Of a stretch of 64,000 bases of DNA, positions 1-9,643 are shown piece by piece. The position numbers and the translations under genes are program-made. Position 1 is the first letter of the stretch, and each line of letters begins with the position of its first letter. Below the pieces are notes generated by a model. The model had not been told where the DNA came from and made no database searches. It saw only the letters and a list, made by a program, of their open reading frames with translations. The stretch is from Alphaproteobacteria bacterium (GTDB lineage Bacteria > Pseudomonadota > Alphaproteobacteria > Bin95), in the NCBI GenBank assembly GCA_964291285.2, contig OZ219787.1, forward strand, positions 1,120,001 to 1,184,000, written 5' to 3'.

Positions 1-294
1 GCGGACGACGTTCTCTATGCGGTTGCCCGCGCGGGTCGCCCAGGGCCGCAAGCGCCGGGCGGTCTGCAACATGATCTCGGCGCCGGCCTCGGAAAGCACC
101 CGAAAGGGCGACGAAACCGCGACCGGCGTGGCCGTCGGCTCGATTTCGGCCTTGCCGTAGCCGAACTCGGCGAGCCCGGTCACGCTTGCCGGCGGCTCCA
201 GCGCCAGATGCCTGCCGGGATCGAAGGGAACCTCGTCCGGGAGCCACTCATAGCCGGCCGGGCGCCGGTCCGGAAACGGTACAGCGACATTCAT
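1..294 (-). CDS. Hypothetical protein, N-terminal part only (runs off the window); possibly Fe(II)/2OG oxygenase-like
   Basis: Manually translated open frame from ATG 294 (MNVAVPFPDRRPAGYEWLPDEVPFDPGRHLALEPP...AVSSPFRVLSEAG), preceded by SD-like AAGAGG and co-directional with ridA; the family guess is weak. Confidence 0.55.
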   Translation of the reverse strand, partial: MNVAVPFPDRRPAGYEWLPDEVPFDPGRHLALEPPASVTGLAEFGYGKAEIEPTATPVAVSSPFRVLSEAGAEIMLQTARRLRPWATRAGNRIENVVR

Positions 295-343
295 CGCGCG
301 GCTGACCTCTTCATTGTCCTGCACCGGCCGGCAGACCCCTGAG

Positions 344-730
344 TCACCCGGAGCGGACGGCAATCGCCTCGATCTCGACCTTGAGCTCCGGCATGGCGAG
401 CGCGCTCACCTCGACCAGGGTCGAAACCGGGAAGTCGCCGGCGAAGAACTCCCGGCGGGCCCGCCACACCTCCTCACGCCTGGAGATGTCCGTGACATAG
501 ATCACCACCTTGACGACATCGGCCATCGAGGCCCCGGCAGCGTCCAGCAGCCTGGCGATCTTCTCGAAGATCGCGCGCGCCTGCCCGTATTCGTCGCCGG
601 CTAGGATTTCCGAGCCGTTGCGCGCCGTCATGCCGGCGACGAAGATCTGGTTGCCCGCGACCAGGCAGTTCGACCAGGTCTCCGGCGGCGGTTCCGGCAC
701 TTCGGGGTGGATGATGCGCATGGCCGCCAT
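344..730 (-). CDS. RidA/YjgF/UK114 family protein
   Basis: IFVAGMT, DVVKVVIYVTD, FPVSTLVEVSAL and LKVEIEAIA motifs. Confidence 0.9.
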   Translation of the reverse strand: MAAMRIIHPEVPEPPPETWSNCLVAGNQIFVAGMTARNGSEILAGDEYGQARAIFEKIARLLDAAGASMADVVKVVIYVTDISRREEVWRARREFFAGDFPVSTLVEVSALAMPELKVEIEAIAVRSG

Positions 731-744
731 GGTACTCTCCTCGG

Positions 745-2082
745 TCAGGCTTTGACGATCCGCGCCGGGCGCGGCCGGTCATCGTAAACATTGCGCGTAT
801 CGACAACCAAGGGAACCGCCGCCGCCAGCGCCTCCCAGTCGACGGCGTCGTGGTCCGTCACCGCGATGGCGGCGTCGAACCCGGCGAGCGCCTCCGGCGA
901 CCGGCCTATGGAGGGTATGCCGGCGAGGGCAGGTTGGGCGCGCGTCGTCGGGATCGCCGGCACATGGGGGTCGAGATAGGCGACCTCGGCCCCGCCATCC
1001 GCAAGCAGCTCCCAGAGCCGGAGCGCCGGGCTCTCGCGCGTATCGTCGACGTTCTTCTTATAGGCGACGCCAACCAGCAGGATACGGCTCCCGGCAAGCG
1101 TTGCCGGGGCGAGCGCTTCTTCCAGCCGGGCAACCACGCGCTCCGGCATTTCCGCATTGATCTCGCCGGCAAGCTCGATGAAACGGCTTGGCAGGTCGAG
1201 GCCGCGCGCCTTCCAGGCGAGGTAGAACGGGTCGATGGGAATGCAGTGCCCACCCCAGCCGGGACCGGGCCAGAAGGGCATGTAGCCGAAGGGCTTGGTG
1301 CTGGCGGCCTCGACGACCTCCCAGATGTCCACGCCCATTGCTGCGTAGATGCCCTTGAGTTCATTGACGAGCGCGATGTTGACGGCACGGAAGACGTTCT
1401 CGGTGAGCTTCGCCGCCTCCGCCGCCGCCGGCGAGGACACGGCATGTACTGCAGGAGAGACGCTTTCATAGAGCGCGCGAGCGAGCGCCAGCGCCTCGGC
1501 GCCGTCAGCGCCGACGACGCGCGGAATGCGCCGCTCGCCGCTGCCGGGGGACTCGCGCTCCGGCGCATAGGCGAGGAAGAAATCCTGTCCGCTGCAGAGG
1601 CCGCTTGCCTCCAGGATCGGCTTGACGATCTCTTCGGTCGTGCCGGGCCAGGTGGTCGATTCGAGCACGACGAGCTGCCCCGGCGGCAAGGTGGCGGCGA
1701 CGGCGCGGGCGCTTGCCTCGACGAAACGCAGGTCAGGCTCGCGATACGTCCCAAGCGGCGTCGGCACACAGATTGCGACGGCATCGGCTTCACCCAGGCG
1801 GGTAAAATCGTCCGTCGCCTCGAACCGCCCGCTTGCTGTCATCGAAGCGACCTCGCGGTCGGTGACATCCATGATGTAGGAGCGGCCGGCTGCGAGCAGC
1901 GACGGCTTCTCGGGGTCGGTGTCGAAGCCGGTGACGGTGAAGCCCGCCTCATGAAAGGCGCGCACCAGCGGCAGCCCTACATAACCAAGCCCGATGACGC
2001 CGATTTGCGCCTGGCGGCCCGTGAGCTTTCGAAGCAAAGCGCCGGAGACCGCCGCGCCCGCTTTCGACAGTCTTTCGCTCAT
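745..2082 (-). CDS. Nucleotide-sugar dehydrogenase (UDP-GlcNAc/ManNAc 6-dehydrogenase, WbpA/WecC family)
   Basis: GLGYVGLP Rossmann motif, ICVPTP, LESTTWPGTT, catalytic GGHCIPIDP, YKKNVDDTRESP; start trimmed to ATG 2082. Confidence 0.9.
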   Translation of the reverse strand: MSERLSKAGAAVSGALLRKLTGRQAQIGVIGLGYVGLPLVRAFHEAGFTVTGFDTDPEKPSLLAAGRSYIMDVTDREVASMTASGRFEATDDFTRLGEADAVAICVPTPLGTYREPDLRFVEASARAVAATLPPGQLVVLESTTWPGTTEEIVKPILEASGLCSGQDFFLAYAPERESPGSGERRIPRVVGADGAEALALARALYESVSPAVHAVSSPAAAEAAKLTENVFRAVNIALVNELKGIYAAMGVDIWEVVEAASTKPFGYMPFWPGPGWGGHCIPIDPFYLAWKARGLDLPSRFIELAGEINAEMPERVVARLEEALAPATLAGSRILLVGVAYKKNVDDTRESPALRLWELLADGGAEVAYLDPHVPAIPTTRAQPALAGIPSIGRSPEALAGFDAAIAVTDHDAVDWEALAAAVPLVVDTRNVYDDRPRPARIVKA

Positions 2083-2154
2083 GAAAAACCGCCTCTTCTT
2101 TCCGACCGGGCCGAACCTCGTCCCCGCCGGGTTTCGCGTCAAGCGGTCGACATT

Positions 2155-2664
2155 TCAACAGGCCGTGCGCCCCGCCCGCCGCTTCTCCAGCGCGAGGAGC
2201 AGGGCCTGGGCGAACGTCATGTGGGCGCCCCAGGGTTCGAAGCGGCTTTCTGGGGAGGCGGGCATTGCCATGAAGAGGTTGGAAGCACCCGCCAGGGGGT
2301 TGTCGGCCCTGTGCGCGAAGGCGAGCACCGGAATCTCCTTCGCCTGCGCCCCCGTAGCGACCCTGACGGCCGAATCGTCATCGTCAGAAAGGCAGACCGC
2401 CAGCAGCAGGTCGCTGGCGCCAAGGGCTGAGACAACCCGCCGCGCTACGTTCGCGGGCGATTCGATCCTGTGGCACCGGCAACCGAGTTGTACCAAACCG
2501 TCGAACAGGCAGGCGGCAATCCAGGAGGCCTGCCGGTAACCGACGATGTGGATGGAATTGGCGTCGGCCAACATCTTGACCGCTCGATCCAGAGCAGCTG
2601 CATCGACATTCCTCTTGAAATCTTCGATAGCGAGGATGGATGAATCTGCAACCTCATTCAGCAT
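2155..2664 (-). CDS. SIS-domain protein (RpiR paralog lacking the HTH)
   Basis: Aligns by eye with the C-terminal two-thirds of the RpiR at 3230-4105; the upstream frame closes at TAG 2809-2811 with no HTH. Confidence 0.7.
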   Translation of the reverse strand: MLNEVADSSILAIEDFKRNVDAAALDRAVKMLADANSIHIVGYRQASWIAACLFDGLVQLGCRCHRIESPANVARRVVSALGASDLLLAVCLSDDDDSAVRVATGAQAKEIPVLAFAHRADNPLAGASNLFMAMPASPESRFEPWGAHMTFAQALLLALEKRRAGRTAC

Positions 2665-3100
2665 TGCGCGGCGCTCCCGCGCGGCTTCCCGTCGGGCAAT
2701 GGGTGGGCGGGAGCCGGGTCCTGTATGAAGTTGTGGTCGCGCCCACGGAGCGGGAAGAACGGCCCCGGGCGAAATCGGGACGGCTTTTCGGGGAGAAAGA
2801 GGCCCGAACTATGCCGGAAGGGTGGAGGTATGCCGGCAAATGCGCCGGGCGACAGAGAAGACAGGGATGTGCTCGCAACAAATCGAAATGCCGGGGCTTT
2901 GGCCAACGGGATTGGCGTTCGGCTTCCAATCCGCCGGGCGTGGCCCGATGAAGCGTGCAGGCCCCGCGCCGCGCGAGCCTGGTCCGCCACGGTCCGGCAA
3001 AGCCGGTAGGCGATTGACATAACTGGAGTTTCCGTCCGGTATGCTGCGTTTCGTCCTGCGAGGCACCGTGTCTTCCTTCCGACGTCATCGAATATCATAA

Positions 3101-3181
3101 TAGAAAATATGTTCCATTACCAATAATAACTTGAAATGTTCTTCTTTTTCTGCTTGGCTCGGCCCGTGGAAAATTGTTTCA
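3101..3181. promoter_or_regulatory. Candidate RpiR/IolR-type operators in a divergent AT-rich promoter region
   Basis: Imperfect palindromes TAGAAAATATGTTCCA (3101-3116) and TGGAAAATTGTTTCA (3167-3181) resemble GGAA-Nx-TTCC boxes. Confidence 0.4.
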
Positions 3182-3229
3182 TGTTGTGTCATCAAGGCGC
3201 TGTCGGGTTCGGGCGATGCTGCGTTGGAG

Positions 3230-4105
3230 ATGAGTATGGAGAGCAGAGAGCTGTCCTGGGACTATCCCCGGCTTCACAGAGCGTTCCTGGACAGGTTCGA
3301 AACGCTCAGCCCGCATCTGAAACGCATTGCCCGCTACGCCTTGTCAGACCCCAGCCGGTTCGCATTGCAGACCGTGGCGGAGATTTCGCGGAGCTGCAGC
3401 GTCCAGCCCTCCACTGTCGTTCGGTTCGCCAAGACATTCGGCTATCCGGGTTTCTCCGATATGCAGAACGTCTTTCGTTCGCGCCTGATGGAAGGCTCCG
3501 AGGCCTACCGGGAACAGGTTCACGAACATCGAGGCAAGCTCGGGACCGTTTCCGGCAACGACCCGGCCGCGATCCTCGGCGAATTCGCGAATGCGTCCAT
3601 CCTGGCGGTTCAACGCCTGAAAGACACCCTCGACGCGGACATGCTGCAGCGGGCGGCCGCCTTGATGAACGAGGCGGGCGCTGTTTACCTGGTTGGACAG
3701 CAGCGCGCGCTTCCGGTGGCCTCCTGCCTCGCATACTGGTTGATCGAGTTCGAATATCGCTGCCATTTGCTCGACCCTGCCGTCGGCGCGCTGTCCCGCC
3801 AGGTCGCGACAGTGGCCGCGGATGAGCTGTTGATTGTTATCGGCCTGGACGAGTTGCCCGATGCCCTGCTTGATGCTGTTTCTGCCGCGCATAACCGCGG
3901 GGTACCCGTGCTCGCCATCACCGATTCGGAAGTAAGCCGGCTTGCTCGGGACTCCAGGATCTGTTTTGTGCTGCGCGATGCCGAAGTACATCGAATTACC
4001 CCGTTGGCGCCCCATATAGTCCTGGTCCAGTCGCTGGTTATCGCGCTTGATGCGCTGCGATACGCCCACCGGTCAGACGATTTGCGGCGCGGCGTGGCGG
4101 GTTAG
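3230..4105 (+). CDS. MurR/RpiR family transcriptional regulator
   Basis: HTH LSPHLKRIARY...TVAEIS...VQPSTVVRFAKTFGYPGFSDMQ followed by a SIS domain (VLAITDSEVSRLA). Confidence 0.9.
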   Translation: MSMESRELSWDYPRLHRAFLDRFETLSPHLKRIARYALSDPSRFALQTVAEISRSCSVQPSTVVRFAKTFGYPGFSDMQNVFRSRLMEGSEAYREQVHEHRGKLGTVSGNDPAAILGEFANASILAVQRLKDTLDADMLQRAAALMNEAGAVYLVGQQRALPVASCLAYWLIEFEYRCHLLDPAVGALSRQVATVAADELLIVIGLDELPDALLDAVSAAHNRGVPVLAITDSEVSRLARDSRICFVLRDAEVHRITPLAPHIVLVQSLVIALDALRYAHRSDDLRRGVAG

Positions 4106-4303
4106 CTCCGAAGCGCTGCCGGCGCCAGAACCTTCCCTGCTGGCACGGTTGTCCGAGTCATCCCCCTCCCAAACAGTCCGGCAGCGCGGACAGCTGGAAA
4201 AGTGCGCGTTGAGTCAAACCCGAGTACCGCCGCGTATCTAAAAATCCAAATGCTTATTTTATAAAACTAAACGGAATGATAAGTTAGGGGCTTTACCGCA
4301 ACG

Positions 4304-5923
4304 TCAACCGCCGGTCAACGGAAGCGCGGATTGCCCACTGCCGCGCGCCGCAACGCTCGGTGTCAAGAACCGCCGGCCGTCCAGTATCTCTTGCGCCGTC
4401 AGAATTTGCATACGCGGATACATGACGCCCAACACGTCGATGTCTCCTGCCGCTGCCATTTCGCGGGCGAAATTCGCTGCCTGGCGCTTCCCCAGAGGGT
4501 CCATGACTATCAGCCCCGCCATGTCGGCTTCTTCGCGTTCCAAGACGCCCCGGAGGTCGCGCACAACGCCGATCCCGACATTGGCCCCGCCCTTCACCTC
4601 AATCACCATCGAGCGCAGTTCCTTGTAGTTCGGCCGGGCGAAGTAGAGCCGCCCGTCTATGCCGCCATCACTGCCCCGTCGCGTCGTAACGAACCCGTCC
4701 ACTTGCTCCACTGCCCACCGCTGAAAATGGTATTTGTCGCGGGTCCAGAGGTCGCGCGCGCCTTCCAGCGTTCGCGGGACGCCCTCAATCGAAAAGTCGG
4801 TTCCCTCGACAAGCCGCAGGCGTTCTTCCAACCGCGCCTTGGCAACCTTCTTGATAGCGTGAATGGCAATGTCGATGCCTATCCACCGTCGCTCCAGCTT
4901 GTGCGCCGCTTCCAGTGTCGTAGCACACCCGCAAAACGGGTCAAACACAGTGTCGCCCGGCCCGCTGGACGCCTTGATGATGCGTTCCAGAAGGGCCGTG
5001 GGCTTTTGAGTTGCATAGCCGAGGCGTTCCGACCGGGCCGGGCCGGGAATGTCGGTCCAGACATTGTTCGGGATAATGCCCGCCGCTGGGCGTTGCTTGC
5101 GCCAAGGGACGCCCGCCGCCCACTCGATTTCGCCCGCCTCATCCAGTTCTATGAGGCGTTCACGCTTCACAGTCCAGCCGGAGTCATGCGGCGGCGAGAC
5201 GCCCTTGTAGGCATAGACGAGATTCGGGCGCGGGCCGAGTCCTGGCGGGCGGAACGGGCTGCGGCGCTTGAACCGCCCTTTATTGTCCTGCCGGGGGAAG
5301 GCCGTCACCATGTCGGAATAGGGCAGCGCGATGGAATCCGCGTTGAACGCATAGCGCCGCCCGCGCGTGTAGAAGAGGATATTGTCTGCCGAGCGACCAT
5401 AATTGCGGATCGCGTGTTGACTGCGCTTCCCCGCGCCCTTCACGCGCTCCCAGATGATTTCGTTGCGGAAGTTCTCATGCCCAAATATCGCGTCCATCAT
5501 CACCTTGATGTAGTGCGATGCCGTGGAATCGCAGTGCAAATAGACGCTGCCCGTGGGCTTCAGGATGCCGCGCATGGGCAAGAGCCGCTGGACCATGTAG
5601 GCGAGATAGGCGAGCAGGCGCGGGTTGGTCTTCCGCAGCGCGTTCATCCACAGTTTCCAAAATTCCGCAACCTCATCGTCCAGCCCGGCTTCCCGTAGCA
5701 GGATAGGCATTTGACGGACCGCGCGTTCGGTCTCTTCGTCGAGCGTCCATGTATCGCAGAACGCCTCGATCTGGTCCGGGAGCGGCCGCCCCGTCTCATC
5801 CTTGTAAATGGCGTTATAATCGCGCTGCGAATTGAAAGGCGGGTCCAGATAGATGAGGTCCACGCTTCCCAACGGCATTTCCTGCATGATGTCCAAGCAG
5901 TCGCCGTAGTAGAGGCGGTTCAC
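4304..5923 (-). CDS. Beta-class N6A/N4C DNA methyltransferase fused to an Mrr-like restriction endonuclease domain
   Basis: LYYGDCL, LIYLDPPF, YATQKP, FDPFCGCATT; C-terminal DGGIDG...IEVKGG; GTG start overlaps the transposase stop (GTGA). Confidence 0.85.
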   Translation of the reverse strand: MNRLYYGDCLDIMQEMPLGSVDLIYLDPPFNSQRDYNAIYKDETGRPLPDQIEAFCDTWTLDEETERAVRQMPILLREAGLDDEVAEFWKLWMNALRKTNPRLLAYLAYMVQRLLPMRGILKPTGSVYLHCDSTASHYIKVMMDAIFGHENFRNEIIWERVKGAGKRSQHAIRNYGRSADNILFYTRGRRYAFNADSIALPYSDMVTAFPRQDNKGRFKRRSPFRPPGLGPRPNLVYAYKGVSPPHDSGWTVKRERLIELDEAGEIEWAAGVPWRKQRPAAGIIPNNVWTDIPGPARSERLGYATQKPTALLERIIKASSGPGDTVFDPFCGCATTLEAAHKLERRWIGIDIAIHAIKKVAKARLEERLRLVEGTDFSIEGVPRTLEGARDLWTRDKYHFQRWAVEQVDGFVTTRRGSDGGIDGRLYFARPNYKELRSMVIEVKGGANVGIGVVRDLRGVLEREEADMAGLIVMDPLGKRQAANFAREMAAAGDIDVLGVMYPRMQILTAQEILDGRRFLTPSVAARGSGQSALPLTGG

Positions 5924-6814
5924 CGGAAGACACTCCACAGGAATGTTCCGAACGGGTTATCGTTCTTCCGGTTGTTGTATTTCCACGACGCTTCCGCGAC
6001 GAACAGCGGCGTCCAGTGATAGCTGTAATGGTGATGCGAGCCATACCAAGCCCGCTTGACCAAAGCCCAGAAGCCTTCAATCGTGTTCGTATGCGTCGCG
6101 CCATCGGCATAGGCAACGCTGTGATTGATCACTGCATGGGCGAAACCGGAACGGGCGGCCGCTGCATAGGCCCGGTATTCGTCCGTAATCAGAAGCGTTC
6201 CGGCAGGCTCGATCGTAGCTTGCAAGAAACGAAGAATGCCCCGGCCTGAAAGGTCGGTAGCGATATGGGCGACAACATTGCCCCCGCGTTCTACCGCTCC
6301 GATTATCGGCGTCTTGCTGGTGCCGCGCCCTCTTTTACGGGGGGGGGGGCAATTCGCCAGTCTTGCGCGCGCGTGAGTTCCCCTTCCTCGGCTTCCCGCC
6401 AACATAGGTCTCGTCAGCCTCGACGATGCCCTGTAGCAACGGAGCTTGGTCTTCCGCCATTGCCGCCCGGATACGGTGCTGGACGAACCGCGCGGTCGGT
6501 TGCGTCATTTCAAGGTCGCGGGCGAGCTGGTGACTGGATAGGCTCTTCTTCGCATTGACCATAAGGCCAATCGCCATGAACCATTTCTGCAACGGCACCT
6601 TGGTCTTCTGCATGATGGTGCCGGACAGAACATTGAAGCTAGCCTTGCAGTCATGGCAGTTCCACCGCCCAACGCGACGCCCTTCATTCTTCCGCGCGAC
6701 CAGCACGGAACCGCAGTGCGGGCAGCACGGCTCATCGCCCCAGCGCACGGCTTCAAGGTGCGCGATGCAAGCCTCTTGGTCGGGGAACCGCTGGAATATC
6801 GTGAAGATGTTCAT
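5920..6814 (-). pseudogene. IS1595 transposase, frameshifted in a C11 tract (G11 at 6339-6349 on + strand)
   Basis: Zn ribbon CPHCGS/CHDC, VEADETYVGG, ITDEY, HTNTIEGFW; removing one C fuses ORFs 6335-6850 and 5920-6405. Confidence 0.9.
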
Positions 6815-6957
6815 GGTGTCTGTCTCCCTACAGGATGAATGTAGGGACAACCGGGACCAGCTTCAAGCCCCTAACTTATCATTCCGAAACTAAATGATAA
6901 ACATGCATATCTGATGCAAGGCGTCGCCTGTCTGGACCCTCGCTCCCGACGCTTCGA

Positions 6958-7917
6958 TTACATATCCGGGCCGTAATAGGCCCGATACCATGAGGAGAAG
7001 CGTGGCAGCCCTTCGTCGATGGCTGTCCGGGGCGCATAGCCGAAATGCCGCGCCGCTTCGCCGATATCGGCGCAGGTTTCCAGCACATCGCCAGGCTGCA
7101 TCGGCTGGAAGTCGATCCGGGCCTCAACGCCGAGAGCAGCCTCCAGCGTCTCGATGAAACGCATCAACGGCTCGGCGCGGCCATTGCCGATATTGTAGAT
7201 CCGATGGCCGTCTCCGGTCCGGTCGAGCGCACCGATCGTGCCTGCAACCGCGTCCTCCACGAACGTGAAGTCGCGGGCAAGCCGGCCTTCATTGAAAACC
7301 CGGATCGGCTTGCCGGCAAGCATGGCGCGGGCAAATAGGGTCGGCGCCATGTCCGGCCGGCCCCACGGCCCGTAAACCGTGAAATAGCGTAGCCCCGTCG
7401 CGCGGAAGCCGTAAAGATGCGCATAGCACTCCGTCATCATCTCGTCTGCCCGCTTGGTGGCGGCGTAGAGCGACAGCGGCCGGTCGGCCGGCGCATCGAC
7501 GGCAAGCGGACCGGGGCCGGCGTCCCCGTAGACCGAGGAGGAGCTCGCATAGACGAAGTGGGACACGCCCCGCCGCCGCGCCAGTTCCAGCAGGTTCAGG
7601 TGGCCGGCGATGTTAGCGCGGACATAGGCGCGCGGGTTCTCCAGCGAATAGCGCACGCCGGCCTGCGCGGCGAGGTGCAGGACGCGGTCCACGCCGTCGA
7701 GCGCCAGCCGGTCCATCGCCTCGTCGTCGGCGATGTCGGCGCGCATGAAGGTAAAGCCGGGCAGGCCGTTGAGGCGCGCCAGCCGGGCCTGCTTCAGCAC
7801 CGGGTCGTAATAGCCGTCGAGATTGTCGATCCCGATGACCACCTCGCCGCGGGCAAGCAGGGCGGCGGCGGCGTGCATGCCGATGAAGCCGGCAACGCCG
7901 GTGACGAGAATGCTCAT
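6958..7917 (-). CDS. NAD-dependent epimerase (UDP-glucuronate 4-epimerase-like)
   Basis: GVAGFIG, HLAAQAGVRYSLENP, YAATK, FTVYGPWGRPDMA. Confidence 0.92.
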   Translation of the reverse strand: MSILVTGVAGFIGMHAAAALLARGEVVIGIDNLDGYYDPVLKQARLARLNGLPGFTFMRADIADDEAMDRLALDGVDRVLHLAAQAGVRYSLENPRAYVRANIAGHLNLLELARRRGVSHFVYASSSSVYGDAGPGPLAVDAPADRPLSLYAATKRADEMMTECYAHLYGFRATGLRYFTVYGPWGRPDMAPTLFARAMLAGKPIRVFNEGRLARDFTFVEDAVAGTIGALDRTGDGHRIYNIGNGRAEPLMRFIETLEAALGVEARIDFQPMQPGDVLETCADIGEAARHFGYAPRTAIDEGLPRFSSWYRAYYGPDM

Positions 7918-8056
7918 GGGCTGCCGGTTCGCGTTGCGGAGGCGCCGTCACCATAGCCGAGGCGGGCGGGCGTTCAATCCTAGAGGCGCGCCGGCCTCGA
8001 CCCGACACGGCGGGGGCGCTATACCCCGGCGCCTGCCTGTCCGGCCAGGGGCCGCC

Positions 8057-9643
8057 ATGAACGACAACCGCCTCTACCTGTTCGACACGACGCTGCGCGA
8101 CGGCGCCCAGACCCAGGGCGTCGATTTCAATGTCGCGGACAAGGCCGCCATCGCGCGCGACCTCGATGCGCTCGGCATCGATTATGTCGAGGGCGGCTGG
8201 CCCGGCGCCAACCCGACGGACGACGGGTTCTTCGCGGACCCGCCAGCGCTCTCCCGCGCCCGCCTCACCGCCTTCGGCATGACGCGCCGGGCCGGGCGGT
8301 CGGCCGCCAACGATCCGGGCCTGGCGGTTACGCTGCGCTCCCGCGTGGATACGGTCTGCCTGGTCGGCAAGTCGGACGCGCGCCATGCCGAGTCGGCGCT
8401 CGGCGTTTCGCTGGACGAGAACCTGGCGATGATCCGAGATTCCATCGCGGAGATCGTCCGGCGCAACAAGGAAGCGCTGTTCGATGCGGAGCACTTCTTC
8501 GACGGCTGCAAGGCCAACCCGGACTATACGCTCAAGGTGCTGGAGACGGCGCTGGAGGCGGGCGCGCGCTGGGTCGTGCTCTGCGACACCAACGGCGGCG
8601 CGCTGCCCCATGAAGTCGAGGCGGCGGTCGCACGGGCGGCCGACATCGTGCCGGGGAGCCGGCTCGGCATCCACACCCACAACGACACCGGCAACGCCGT
8701 CGCCAACACGCTGGCGGCGGTGCGCGCCGGGGCGCGGCAGGTGCAAGGGACGCTGAACGGCCTCGGCGAGCGTTGCGGCAATGCCGACCTGGTGACGCTG
8801 CTGCCGACGCTCACTCTCAAGATGGGCTTCGAAACCGGGGTTCCGGCGGACGGGCTGGAGCGCCTCACCCAGGTCTCGCGGGCGTTCGACGAGCGGCTCA
8901 ACCGCCCGTCGAACCGCCATGCGCCCTATGTCGGCGCCTCGGCCTTCGCGCACAAGGCGGGCCTGCACGTCTCGGCGGTGGAAAAGGACCCGGGCTTCTA
9001 CGAGCACATCGCGCCGGAGGCGGTCGGCAACAAGCGCCAGATCCTGGTCTCCGACCAATCGGGCCGCGCGAACATCCTCGCGCGCTTCCGGGAGATCGGC
9101 CTCGACGTGGACCGCGACGACCCGCGCGTCGCGCGCCTTGTCGATCTGGTGAAGGAGCGCGAGTTCCAAGGCTACGCCTATGACGGCGCGCTGGCGAGCT
9201 TCGAGCTTCTGGCCCACCGGATGCTCCAGACGGTGCCCGACTACTGGTCGCTCGACAGCTTCCGCGTCACCGACGAACGGCGCCTCAACGCAAGGCGCGA
9301 GCTGGTGACCATGTCGGAAGCCGTGGTCAAGCTCACCGTCGGCGGGCGCCGGTCCATGGAGGTGGCGGAGGGCAACGGGCCGGTGAACGCGCTCGACGCC
9401 GCGCTCCGCCAGGCGCTGCTGCCGGCCTATGCCTGTCTCGAAGGCGTGCGCCTCACCGACTACCGGGTGCGCATCCTCACGCCGGGCGACGGCACGGCGG
9501 CCGTCACCCGGGTGCTGATCGAGAGCGCCGACGAGACGGGCGGGCGCTGGACCACGGTCGGCGTCTCGGAGAACATCATCAATGCGTCCTACGAGGCCCT
9601 GAACGACAGCCTGACCTACAAGCTGCTCAACGCCGGACGGTGA
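8057..9643 (+). CDS. cimA: Citramalate synthase
   Basis: DTTLRDGAQTQG, EGGWPGANP, FDAEHFFDG, HTHND, GERCGNA, AFAHKAGLH, GNGPVNALD. Confidence 0.9.
   Translation: MNDNRLYLFDTTLRDGAQTQGVDFNVADKAAIARDLDALGIDYVEGGWPGANPTDDGFFADPPALSRARLTAFGMTRRAGRSAANDPGLAVTLRSRVDTVCLVGKSDARHAESALGVSLDENLAMIRDSIAEIVRRNKEALFDAEHFFDGCKANPDYTLKVLETALEAGARWVVLCDTNGGALPHEVEAAVARAADIVPGSRLGIHTHNDTGNAVANTLAAVRAGARQVQGTLNGLGERCGNADLVTLLPTLTLKMGFETGVPADGLERLTQVSRAFDERLNRPSNRHAPYVGASAFAHKAGLHVSAVEKDPGFYEHIAPEAVGNKRQILVSDQSGRANILARFREIGLDVDRDDPRVARLVDLVKEREFQGYAYDGALASFELLAHRMLQTVPDYWSLDSFRVTDERRLNARRELVTMSEAVVKLTVGGRRSMEVAEGNGPVNALDAALRQALLPAYACLEGVRLTDYRVRILTPGDGTAAVTRVLIESADETGGRWTTVGVSENIINASYEALNDSLTYKLLNAGR

Larger units (their letters stand above)
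4272..6886 (-). mobile_element. IS1595-family transporter element carrying an MTase-nuclease passenger
   Basis: Perfect 22-bp TIR CGGAATGATAAGTTAGGGGCTT (4272-4293 / 6865-6886); 8-bp TSD AAACTAAA (4264-4271 / 6887-6894). Confidence 0.95.

Noticed and set aside
2658-3098. ORFs upstream of the SIS gene as a frameshifted HTH
   Set aside because: No RpiR HTH-like sequence in any of the three minus-strand frames
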